Assembly: GCA_965233865.1 (NCBI GenBank)
Contig: OZ247587.1
Coordinates: 864,001-928,000 of the forward strand
Reading direction: 5' to 3'
Origin: Candidatus Neptunichlamydia sp.
Lineage (GTDB): Bacteria; Chlamydiota; Chlamydiia; Chlamydiales; Simkaniaceae
DNA: 64,000 nt
This document shows positions 28,065 to 37,129 of this stretch, one piece after another (the stretch's first letter is position 1; the number at the start of each line of letters is the position of its first letter). Under the pieces are notes generated by a model that searched no databases, was not told the DNA's origin, and saw only the letters and a list, made by a program, of their open reading frames with translations. The translations under genes and the position numbers were made by a program.

Positions 28065-29990
28065 CTAGAAAACCCTCTCAAACAATCGAATAATATCATT
28101 ATAGGTTAAGTAGATAAACATAAAGATCAAGAGGACAACAAATGGAATCACCAGCCGCTGCATCATCTTTGCTGTCATGGGCTTCCTTCTGATTTTCTCT
28201 ATGATAGAGAAGCAGATATGCCCTCCATCTAGGACTGGAATGGGAAGGAGATTGAGAATTCCCAAGTTAACACTAATCGCCGCTAACCAAAAGAGTCCTT
28301 CTTTAATCCCTACTCTCCAATTCTGCTCCATCACTTGCACGATAAAAATAGGGCCTCCAAATTGCTTGGGGCTAAGGGATCCAGAAACAAGGGCTGTAAG
28401 GTTGCGTGCAATTTCACTAAAGACACTTCCAAAAAGAGAAAAGGGATTGGGGTTGTAATTGACAAGACGGTCGGTCAAAGCAACACCTAGCATAAGACGA
28501 TTTTGAAAATGATCTAGTTCGACGTATGCAAGTTCTCTTTGCTCAGCACCGGAAATTTTCTCAATGGATTTTAGCTCTGATGCCAAAGTCTCTTGAAAGT
28601 TTTTTGCTTCTTTTTCTGTCATCGGAAAGTCTTTTAAACGGATCGGTTTGATCGTCTCAAGCAGGTGGAAATCCCCACTTTGCATGACAGGGGAAGAGGT
28701 TCCAATTGAGCGAGTGATCGGCTTAAGGGCATCCCAATCGGTCCTACTCAAAAACACATGGTCTTCATTTGTCCAAGAAAGATCAAGAGACGTTTCCCCT
28801 CTTTTTACAATGATCTGTACCTGGGGATTTTGAAGGCGTTTCAAAAATTCTACGGGGCTTGCTACAGGAATTCCATCAATGGCAACAATGCGGTCTCCAG
28901 CATGTAGCATTGTATCCAAGTGAGAGGTTTTATTCAAAGAGGACGCCCTGGAAACTTTTGAATTTTCATCGATATAGTAGAGCCCTTTTTGCACGCTCAT
29001 ATCATAGGAAATATTGTAAGGAATAAATGTATAAGGCTCTCCTTTTTGATTAAGCTCTGCTCCATATTTCCAGTCGTTTATCTCTATTATTTCTTCGCGG
29101 CCTAAGCGAAGGTCATCAATTGGCACTTGTGGAACTTTAGCTAAAAAGGTTTGTTCACCTCTTTCAATTGTCAAAAAAGCTTTATTGCTATTGAGAACAC
29201 CTGAGAGTTGTTCATTCGAAAAAATGAGTTCCCCATTGACCCATACGATACGATCTTGAGGCAAAATACCACTGCTCGCCATGGGGAGATTTTCATATCC
29301 TGGAGCTTGATAGATTAAATAGCTCGCAGGCGCTAAGACCCCAATTGTCTTCATTCCTTTCTGTATGGAAGGGCTCTCATATGGAGTCACTGTATAATTG
29401 TAAGGAGTTTTTTCTTTTGTGAAGTAGTCAATTTTCACTCCTTCAATATTCGCAGGATGACCGTTAACAACAGCGGCAAATAACAGATCTTTATACCCTT
29501 TAAATGGTTCATCGTTATATTCTAAAATTGCGTCTCCAGGACGGATTCCATTTTGATAAAGTTCCGAGTGATTATCTACATACCCAATAAGTTGTGTAAA
29601 CTGCGAGAATGGTTTTTCTCTTCCTCCAAAAGCCCAAATCACCGTGAAAATAGCCATAGCAAAGACAAGATTTACAACAGGACCGGCTAGGGCCACTTTA
29701 ACCCGAGCCCACGGCTTTTTAGAGTAAAAACCATCTGGAACTTCATAGGGCTCGAGATCTCCCTCCTTTTCCATTCCTGCAATGCGGACATAGCCTCCAA
29801 AAAAGATAGGACAAAATTGCCATTTGACCCCTTTTCGCATCCAACTAAAGAGCGGCTTTCCAAATCCGATACTAAAGACTTCAACATGCATTCCATTGCG
29901 CCGTGCAACGATATAGTGGCCCAGCTCGTGAATGAAAACGAGAAGGTTCAGTCCGAGAATTGCTAAGATGATATATAAAATGCTTTGCAA
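28065..29990 (-). CDS. rseP: RIP metalloprotease RseP (M50, PDZ domains)
   Basis: HELGH, FSIGFG, AGPVVN, NLLPIPVLDGG. Probable TTG start at 29990 with GAGG. Confidence 0.95.
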   Translation of the reverse strand: MQSILYIILAILGLNLLVFIHELGHYIVARRNGMHVEVFSIGFGKPLFSWMRKGVKWQFCPIFFGGYVRIAGMEKEGDLEPYEVPDGFYSKKPWARVKVALAGPVVNLVFAMAIFTVIWAFGGREKPFSQFTQLIGYVDNHSELYQNGIRPGDAILEYNDEPFKGYKDLLFAAVVNGHPANIEGVKIDYFTKEKTPYNYTVTPYESPSIQKGMKTIGVLAPASYLIYQAPGYENLPMASSGILPQDRIVWVNGELIFSNEQLSGVLNSNKAFLTIERGEQTFLAKVPQVPIDDLRLGREEIIEINDWKYGAELNQKGEPYTFIPYNISYDMSVQKGLYYIDENSKVSRASSLNKTSHLDTMLHAGDRIVAIDGIPVASPVEFLKRLQNPQVQIIVKRGETSLDLSWTNEDHVFLSRTDWDALKPITRSIGTSSPVMQSGDFHLLETIKPIRLKDFPMTEKEAKNFQETLASELKSIEKISGAEQRELAYVELDHFQNRLMLGVALTDRLVNYNPNPFSLFGSVFSEIARNLTALVSGSLSPKQFGGPIFIVQVMEQNWRVGIKEGLFWLAAISVNLGILNLLPIPVLDGGHICFSIIEKIRRKPMTAKMMQRLVIPFVVLLIFMFIYLTYNDIIRLFERVF

Positions 29991-29997
29991 GGTGTCC

Positions 29998-31128
29998 TCA
30001 CGCAGTGGTTGCAAGTGAGCGCGCCATCCCATCAACTTCAAAAAGAACGCTTAGGTTCTCCTGAGGTTGAGCTTTGTGCGCGCCCATTAAGGTTTCTAAT
30101 TTTTTTCCAATCTCGACCCAATCGATTTCCCCCTCTAGAAATCGGTGGACGAGCACTTCATTCGCTGCATTCATAAAGCAAGGAAGTGTTCCTCCCTCCT
30201 TCGCAGCTTCAAAAGCAAGGCCCAGACAAGGAAATTTTTTCCATTCTGGGGTAAAAAACTCTAGTTTAGAATACTTCGTAAAATCGAAACAAGGGACAAT
30301 TCCCTTTTCACGCTTTGGGTATGTCATTGCATACTGGATAGGAATCTTCATATCATGCTCTCCCATCTGGGAGAGAAGAGAGCCATCAATAAACTCGACA
30401 AAGCTATGTACAATGCTTTGAGGATGGATAATCACATCAATTTTTTCGAGGGGAACATTAAATAAAAATTTCGCTTCGATCACCTCGAGCCCTTTATTCA
30501 TCAGGGTAGACGAGTCGATGGTGATTTTTTTTCCCATGTTCCACGTCGGATGCTTAAGTGCGGAGCTTGGAGTGATTTTCTCTAGTTCTTTTTCTGAAGC
30601 TGTTAAAAAAGGTCCTCCTGATGCTGTTAGGATTAATTTGCGGATCCCGCTAGGACATTCTCCTTGAAGACATTGGAGAATCGCACTATGTTCACTATCG
30701 ATTGGGACAATATTAACACCTTTTTTCTTAGCAGTTCTCATGATCAATTCTCCAGCTGCAATCAATACTTCCTTGTTCGCAAGCCCGATTGTTTTTCCCG
30801 CTTCGATTCCTTTTAGGGTGGGGAGAATTCCCATGGCGCCAACAATTGCGGAGACAAGAAAGTCCACTTCGGGAAGAGTCGCTATTTCAATCAACCCCTC
30901 TATCCCTGACACAACTTTAAATTCAGGGAGCCGACTCTTGAGTTCTCTCGCTTTTTTCTCGTCAAAAACAGCAATACATTTCGGGCGAAAGGCAAATGCT
31001 TGCTCCTCTAATAGATCAATATTGGAATGAGCAGCAATCCCGTCCACTCGATATCCTAAGTGTTTGGCGACTTCTAAGGTATTGCAGCCAATCGACCCTG
31101 TACTTCCCAATATTGCAATCCGTTTCAT
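29998..31128 (-). CDS. dxr: 1-deoxy-D-xylulose-5-phosphate reductoisomerase
   Basis: LGSTGSIG, LANKE, PIDSEH, TASGGPF, HPTWNMG, NKGLEVIEA, NAANE. Confidence 0.98.
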   Translation of the reverse strand: MKRIAILGSTGSIGCNTLEVAKHLGYRVDGIAAHSNIDLLEEQAFAFRPKCIAVFDEKKARELKSRLPEFKVVSGIEGLIEIATLPEVDFLVSAIVGAMGILPTLKGIEAGKTIGLANKEVLIAAGELIMRTAKKKGVNIVPIDSEHSAILQCLQGECPSGIRKLILTASGGPFLTASEKELEKITPSSALKHPTWNMGKKITIDSSTLMNKGLEVIEAKFLFNVPLEKIDVIIHPQSIVHSFVEFIDGSLLSQMGEHDMKIPIQYAMTYPKREKGIVPCFDFTKYSKLEFFTPEWKKFPCLGLAFEAAKEGGTLPCFMNAANEVLVHRFLEGEIDWVEIGKKLETLMGAHKAQPQENLSVLFEVDGMARSLATTA

Positions 31129-32066
31129 GAAGTCGCCCTCTCTTTTCGAAATGTCGAATGTTTAATGATCCCACATACAAAGAAGGCTCCAAGCACTGTT
31201 GCAGAAAGTCCCGATGTGGAGAGTGGAATATGATACACAGAAAGGACATGTCTGGAAAGGGCTACAGAAAAGACTGCTGCCAGAATTCCAATTCCTCCTG
31301 ATAAAAAGAGGAGCGGTTTTAACCGGTGGGTAAAAAATCGAGCTGTAAGAATTGGAGCAACTAAAAAGGCTAAAAAGAGAAATGCTCCCACCGCGCGGAA
31401 TGAGCCAATCGCAGTTAGGGCTGTCTGAAACATCAGTAGATAGTTGAAAAAAACAAGTGAAATGCCCATGTTTCGCGCTAGTTGAGAATCAAATGCCAGG
31501 AGCTCTAAGCGACGGAAAAACAAGAAGATCAGGGACGCATTGAAAAGAAAGAGGTAGAAAACCTGCTTCATGTCTGATGGATGAAGCGCATCGACATTTC
31601 CCATAATTGCCTCGATTCCAAGATGACTATTTCGCGAGAGTGTGGTGACAAGAACCACTCCTAGAGCAAAAAAGGCTGTAAAAATCAGACCAATGCTCGT
31701 ATCTTCCTGAAGCCGGAGTTTTTTATGAAGAAATTCTGTACTAAAAGTCGTACATAGTGCAGTAATCAAAGCTCCGATAAGCAAAGTCGGCACGCTAATT
31801 GTATAGATCCCTTCAGTGCGCGTGACCAAAAAGGCACCTACGATTCCTAGTAAGACTGTATGAGAAAGAGAATTGGCGAGCATCGTCATTTTCTTAAGAA
31901 CAAGAAATGTTCCGATTAGAGCAGAGGAAAGGGCGATCATGGTGAGAACCAATAGTTGCACCTCATCAGATGCAAGAGAGTGGACATCCCCCTTCAAAGC
32001 CAGAAAGATCCTTTGGAAGAGAACGCCAAAGAAACCAAAAAACGACTGACCTGTATAGGGATTCAT
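31125..32066 (-). CDS. ytgD: Metal ABC transporter permease YtgD/TroD
   Basis: MNPY start at 32066 (ATGA overlap). ANSLSHTVLLG and EDTSIG ABC-3 permease motifs. Confidence 0.9.
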   Translation of the reverse strand: MNPYTGQSFFGFFGVLFQRIFLALKGDVHSLASDEVQLLVLTMIALSSALIGTFLVLKKMTMLANSLSHTVLLGIVGAFLVTRTEGIYTISVPTLLIGALITALCTTFSTEFLHKKLRLQEDTSIGLIFTAFFALGVVLVTTLSRNSHLGIEAIMGNVDALHPSDMKQVFYLFLFNASLIFLFFRRLELLAFDSQLARNMGISLVFFNYLLMFQTALTAIGSFRAVGAFLFLAFLVAPILTARFFTHRLKPLLFLSGGIGILAAVFSVALSRHVLSVYHIPLSTSGLSATVLGAFFVCGIIKHSTFRKERATS

Positions 32067-33376
32067 AATTGTTCTCCCTGAGGAATCGGCTTCTGATGAG
32101 GATCTTTTTGTGGATGGTTGAGCAGCGCTGTCAGCCTCTTCTCCAAGTCTGGGGTAATAATGTGCTCCATCTCCTCTGCACTGTGATGAACCCTTTTCTC
32201 GTCTACTTTTAGACATGAGACCAAATAGAGTTCCCATAAACGATGCAACCGTACTAAATATTCAGCACGGGCGATTCCATCTTGAGTAAGTAAAAGTTTC
32301 CCCTCTCCACTCTTCATAACCCATCCTTCCCGCTTCAGTGTAAATAATGCGCGTTGCATCGGCATTCTTCCCATAGAATTCCATTTTAAGATCCCCTTTT
32401 GGCTAAGCGGCACGTTAATCCCTTCTTTCCATAGAGTCTTCAAAATATTTTCCAGGTGACACCTCCTTCTAAACTGCGCACTGCGGATCATGCGAGCAAC
32501 CGCCCCTTTTTTAGGAGCAAACAACAGTGAAAGAATACTGAGAGAGAAAGCGACTAAAAGGATCATGGGTCCCGTAGGATAAACCGTTCCATGAGCACTC
32601 AACTTCAGGGATAAATAGTTCCCTCCAAAGCCACTGATAAGACCAAATAGACCTGAAAGAACTAATAGATGCGATAAGCGGTCGGTAAAAGAGCGGGCAG
32701 CGGCCGCAGAAGCAAGAAGCATTCCCGACATCAAAATCACCCCAACAGATCGAATTCCTACAACGATCGATAAGATTAGAAGAAGAAAGATTCCCCTGTT
32801 CACGCGATGCATTGATAATCCACGGCTATGCGCATAGGGAGCATCGAACAAGGCAACTTCAATTTCTCGGAAACGGAAAAGAATGAATAGAGCCACTATA
32901 GAAGAAAGTACGCCATAAATCACAATATGGACATCATTCATCGTTGCAGCTTGCCCATAAATAAACACTTGGGATTGTTGATGCCAAAGAGGATGAGTAA
33001 ACTGAATCCTACTAGCAAACACTACCCCTATTCCTAAAAACACGGAAAGGGTCAAACATAGAGCAGCGTCTAAGTGAATGCGGAATTTATTCTGGAGCTT
33101 CTCAATTACTTCTAAACCAAGATAGGAGAAGAGAAAGGCACCACCAAGAACAACCAAAATAGCAAGTGGATGATTCGGAGCTACAAAAAATGCTCCTACA
33201 ATGACACTCAAAACAACACCTGGGTACGCAGCATGAGAGAGAGCTTCGCCTACTAAACTCCTCCGCTTAACAACCATCAACGTTCCTATTAAAGCAGAGG
33301 ATAAACACATAAGCATCGAACCAATCACTGGGGCGCGGTAAAGAGGATCGATGAAATAATCAACAAACGACATCAC
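32063..33376 (-). CDS. ytgC: Metal ABC permease fused to DtxR-like repressor (YtgCR)
   Basis: GEALSHAAYPG permease followed by RLHRLWELYL...AEEMEH...DPHQKPIP DtxR domain. Confidence 0.93.
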   Translation of the reverse strand: MMSFVDYFIDPLYRAPVIGSMLMCLSSALIGTLMVVKRRSLVGEALSHAAYPGVVLSVIVGAFFVAPNHPLAILVVLGGAFLFSYLGLEVIEKLQNKFRIHLDAALCLTLSVFLGIGVVFASRIQFTHPLWHQQSQVFIYGQAATMNDVHIVIYGVLSSIVALFILFRFREIEVALFDAPYAHSRGLSMHRVNRGIFLLLILSIVVGIRSVGVILMSGMLLASAAAARSFTDRLSHLLVLSGLFGLISGFGGNYLSLKLSAHGTVYPTGPMILLVAFSLSILSLLFAPKKGAVARMIRSAQFRRRCHLENILKTLWKEGINVPLSQKGILKWNSMGRMPMQRALFTLKREGWVMKSGEGKLLLTQDGIARAEYLVRLHRLWELYLVSCLKVDEKRVHHSAEEMEHIITPDLEKRLTALLNHPQKDPHQKPIPQGEQL

Positions 33377-34140
33377 ACAAATCCTGCTTTCTGTTCTCCA
33401 GAAAGACGGGTCGCTTCATCAAATAACTCCCCTCTTTGTCCGTAGACGAGAGAGAGATTTCGAGAGGTCAGAGTCTCCTTTACGTCGCCATAGGCCACTA
33501 AAGAAGTGTTCAAAAGAAGCACTTGGTCAAAGTAGTGAGGTGCAGTGTTTAAGTCGTGATGCACAACAAGGATTGTTTTCCCTTCCTCTCGAAGTTTTTT
33601 GAGAAGCCTAATAATGATATCTTCCGTCGCTTTGTCAACAGCGGCAAAGGGTTCATCGAGGAGAATAATCTCTGCATCTTGAAGGAGCGCACGCGCGATA
33701 AAAAGGCGCTGCTGCTGTCCACCAGAAAGAGCACCAATCTGCCGATCGGCTAAGTCGCTCATTTCAAGGCGATTAAGCATTTTTTGAGCTGCTTGTTTAT
33801 CAGCTTTTGTATACCACTTTAGGCCGCGGAGCTTTCCAAAGCGCCCCATTAAAACTACATCAAACACGGTGATAGGAAAATCCCAGTCAATACTCCCCTT
33901 TTGAGGAACGTAAGCGATTTTTTCGTTAATTTTATGAAAGGGTTTTCCAAAAAATTGGACGTTTCCAGATAGAGGCTTCACAATTCCTAATAGAGCTTTA
34001 AGAAGGGTGCTTTTCCCTGCTCCATTGGGGCCAAGAACTCCCACGAGGCTTCCTCTCGGGATCGAAACATTGATATCCCAAAGAGCCGAAGTCTTTTCGT
34101 AATTTACTGTAAGTTGGTGTATGTCTACTGCATCTTCCAT
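33373..34140 (-). CDS. ytgB: Metal ABC transporter ATP-binding protein YtgB/TroB
   Basis: GPNGAGKST, YVPQ, LSGGQQQR, LLDEPF, VHHDL. Confidence 0.95.
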   Translation of the reverse strand: MEDAVDIHQLTVNYEKTSALWDINVSIPRGSLVGVLGPNGAGKSTLLKALLGIVKPLSGNVQFFGKPFHKINEKIAYVPQKGSIDWDFPITVFDVVLMGRFGKLRGLKWYTKADKQAAQKMLNRLEMSDLADRQIGALSGGQQQRLFIARALLQDAEIILLDEPFAAVDKATEDIIIRLLKKLREEGKTILVVHHDLNTAPHYFDQVLLLNTSLVAYGDVKETLTSRNLSLVYGQRGELFDEATRLSGEQKAGFV

Positions 34141-34142
34141 AA

Positions 34143-35096
34143 CTATTCTTGAGGTAATTCTCGGCTTAGGGTTCGAACATTGTGCTCAACCATTTCTAGA
34201 TAAGAATCTGCACCTGTCCCTTTAGCTCCCATTGTATCCCCGTATAAAGGAGTTGTCGCAATTTTAACACGGAGTCCTTTTTCACGACAGATTGATATAA
34301 TTTTTTTTAAAGCGTCTTGATTGATATTAGTCTCTGGAAAAACTACATGAATCTGATGCTCACAGAGAAATTCACTCACTGCCTGGATATCAAGAATGCT
34401 TACTTGCCCATCCGGAGCAAGACCCTCTGGGGCCATAAAGCGTTTTTCCCAGTCCTCTTCTCCTTGCTTGGAAAGATATTTTTTTGCAAAATAGTAAAAC
34501 GCATCATGACTCGTCACAAGATATCGATTTTGGGGAGGGATCGATTGAACTTCCTCCATTAATGCGCGATCTTTTGCAATCATTGCCGTTTTAAGCGTTA
34601 CCCCTCGCTCTCTAAAAAGCTCTGCATGTTCAGGAGTTTTTTCCGAAAGAGTGCTGACAATAGGATCTATTACTTGAGAAAAAAGAGCTACATCCATCCA
34701 GAAATGAGGATCAAGTAAGCCGTCAATGGTAATGAAAGATGCAGGGTTTGCTCGGTAAAGAATGTCCCCTAACCCAATCGCTTCACTGTGAGACTGTAAA
34801 TGCCCTCTGAGACTCGCCCCATGCTCAAGACCTAGTCCATTGTAAAAAATCACATCAGCAGAAAGAAGCTTTTCATCATCTCCCTTTACAAGCTCATAGC
34901 TATGGGGGTCGATATCTCCGATAATGAGACTTGTATGGTCAATCTCCTTGCCACCAATAAAAGCCACTAGGTCATCAATCATTGCCGTAGTGGAGAGCAC
35001 CTTGGTTTTTCCATTCGGCTCCATAAAGGAGCTATTTACTTCCGTGCTGCAACTACAAAGAATATAGGTTGCAATTAGAATAAACCATTTTTTCAT
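34143..35096 (-). CDS. ytgA: Metal ABC transporter substrate-binding lipoprotein YtgA/TroA
   Basis: Lipobox-like LCSC, DPHSY, NGLGLEH, DPHFW, SHDAF. Confidence 0.95.
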   Translation of the reverse strand: MKKWFILIATYILCSCSTEVNSSFMEPNGKTKVLSTTAMIDDLVAFIGGKEIDHTSLIIGDIDPHSYELVKGDDEKLLSADVIFYNGLGLEHGASLRGHLQSHSEAIGLGDILYRANPASFITIDGLLDPHFWMDVALFSQVIDPIVSTLSEKTPEHAELFRERGVTLKTAMIAKDRALMEEVQSIPPQNRYLVTSHDAFYYFAKKYLSKQGEEDWEKRFMAPEGLAPDGQVSILDIQAVSEFLCEHQIHVVFPETNINQDALKKIISICREKGLRVKIATTPLYGDTMGAKGTGADSYLEMVEHNVRTLSRELPQE

Positions 35097-36073
35097 CTAT
35101 CTAAGTCCCTTAATAACGAAAAAGGATAAATCCCCTTCGAGCATCCTGAAGAGAAGAGAATTTGAATCCCATAATTCCCCACATAGACAATTTTCTCTCC
35201 CTCAATATCCATAAGAGGTTTCTTTTTTTCTAAACACTCGACACAAGGACAGTGCGGCTGGACATCAGCAAAGCGGTAAAGACTTTTCTTTCCGTCCAAC
35301 CATTCAATTGAGAAATGATACCTATCATCCACCTTTATTTTATACCCTTTTTCTTCTTCAATAAGAGCGGTCATCTTTTTCGAAAGCGCATCAAAGAGAG
35401 GCATTGATTGAACTTTTTTATGCATGTTTAATAAAGGATCTATTGGGATCTCTGAAAGTAATGGAACTCTAAATTCTTCAGAGAGTGATTTCCCCCCGCC
35501 TTCTCCAAAAAGGAGGTGACGCTTCGAAGATCCTGGCTCAGAGAAATAGCTCATATTTTCTACAACCCCAAGGATAGGAACCCCCATCTGGATACACATC
35601 CTCATTGATTTTCTCACATCGAGGAGAGATAATTCTTGAGGTGTGGTCACCACCACGACCCCATTGAAAGAAAGCTTTTGCATTAAAGTGATCTGTATAT
35701 CCCCTGTCCCTGGAGGAAAATCTACAAGGAGGAAATCAAGCTCCCCCCACTCAACTTCTTCGATGAACTGAGAGATAATTTGAGTGGCTATCGGAGCACG
35801 CACGGCCGAAGAGCCCTTATATTGGGGTAAATAGGCCGTAGACATCACCGAAATCCTCCCGGATTGGGCGGGGAGCACCTTTTCTCCCTCTGTCTGTGGT
35901 CCGTGGTCCTCTGGTAGAAGAGAGCCGGCAGAAGGGCCATATACATCTGCGTCAAAAACCCCTACCCTATGTCCGCTCCTATCTAACGCACGGGCCAACT
36001 GACCAGTCAAAGTGGACTTTCCTACCCCCCCTTTCCCTGCAAGAACTCCAATAATAGCATTTGCTTGAATCAT
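35093..36073 (-). CDS. mrp: Mrp/ApbC (NBP35) P-loop Fe-S carrier with C-terminal DUF971/GBBH-like domain
   Basis: GKGGVGKST, DADVYGPS, DFPPGTGDIQ, VTTPQ, GVVENMS. C-terminal W.DG...CPCVEC...VGNYGIQI.FS.G...GIY.F. Confidence 0.9.
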   Translation of the reverse strand: MIQANAIIGVLAGKGGVGKSTLTGQLARALDRSGHRVGVFDADVYGPSAGSLLPEDHGPQTEGEKVLPAQSGRISVMSTAYLPQYKGSSAVRAPIATQIISQFIEEVEWGELDFLLVDFPPGTGDIQITLMQKLSFNGVVVVTTPQELSLLDVRKSMRMCIQMGVPILGVVENMSYFSEPGSSKRHLLFGEGGGKSLSEEFRVPLLSEIPIDPLLNMHKKVQSMPLFDALSKKMTALIEEEKGYKIKVDDRYHFSIEWLDGKKSLYRFADVQPHCPCVECLEKKKPLMDIEGEKIVYVGNYGIQILFSSGCSKGIYPFSLLRDLDR

Positions 36074-36414
36074 TTTTTATTTTCCTGTACTGCTTCCATA
36101 AATACTTGACTACAATAGATTAAAGGAAATTCTTTATTCACTTGCTAAAGCCCTGAGTTTATTAAGGCGAAGGCTTCCAGCTCAACAATTAATTCTTGCC
36201 CAAAACTCCCTTATTATACTAATCTCACTCAAATGTGAAACTATTTCGATAGATATTTAGCAACTAAAGCGACTGAACCTCAAAATAATCATTGTATATA
36301 AAAAGAGAAATAACATATAAGCATGTCGAGAATACAGATTAAATAGCAAAAATTAAATGTTTACTTGTCCCATGAATTGGACTGTCATAAAAAATATAGA
36401 AAAAAGGTGGCTTC

Positions 36415-36948
36415 ATGAGCTTTACTGAAGAACAAACTCTTAAAACTAACACCAAAAAGCTTGAAGATCTGGAAGGTGTGATCTCTAAGGCCATTAAGAA
36501 GGTCAGAGGCAGAAAAGAAAACGATCTTTGTAAATATATTCCAATGAACGCTGGTGGATACATGCACCACTTCACTCTCAGAAAAATGAAATACAAGAAT
36601 CCAATAGAATTATCATCCCTTATTGAAAAATTTATTATTCGATCTGATCGTCCCCTAGTTGTTCCTCCAAAGCAGAGAGCTGCTCGTGGCTCTAGAAAGA
36701 AAAAAGACAGTCTTGCTTTCTCAAAGCTTCAGCTTGAAAGGCTTCTAAACATGGCAAGACTATCTGGGGACAAAGAAATGATCTCTATGTTGAGCCCAAA
36801 AAAATCTTTAGCACATACTAAACGAGAGCTTATTCAGTCTCTTCGTCATGAGATCGTTGATCATGAACTTTGGAATGCTTACGTCGAATCTGTAAATGCT
36901 CAGCAAGCAATGATTGCTGCAGGGGCAGAAGCAATGATCAATAATTAA
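36415..36948 (+). CDS. Conserved chlamydial hypothetical protein (CT066-like)
   Basis: KENDLCKYIP..GGYMHHFTL.KMK motif. Position between ytgA and npt1 matches Chlamydia gene order as recalled. Confidence 0.8.
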   Translation: MSFTEEQTLKTNTKKLEDLEGVISKAIKKVRGRKENDLCKYIPMNAGGYMHHFTLRKMKYKNPIELSSLIEKFIIRSDRPLVVPPKQRAARGSRKKKDSLAFSKLQLERLLNMARLSGDKEMISMLSPKKSLAHTKRELIQSLRHEIVDHELWNAYVESVNAQQAMIAAGAEAMINN

Positions 36949-36970
36949 TTCTTTTCAAAGAGATTATTTT

Positions 36971-37003
36971 AAAAAGGACGCTTGATGAGCGTCCTTTTTT
37001 TTT
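36971..37003 (+). terminator. Rho-independent terminator
   Basis: AAAAAGGACGCT-TGATG-AGCGTCC followed by T9. Confidence 0.9.
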
Positions 37004-37129
37004 GTTGATTTCTATCTCGAATGCTCTATAATGTTCGTGATTATAGCTGAAGAGTTCTCTACGATTTTCCATAATGGTTTAGAAAAGCGCAGTGAATGTT
37101 TCAAAAAGAATTTTTATAAGGAACGAAAT

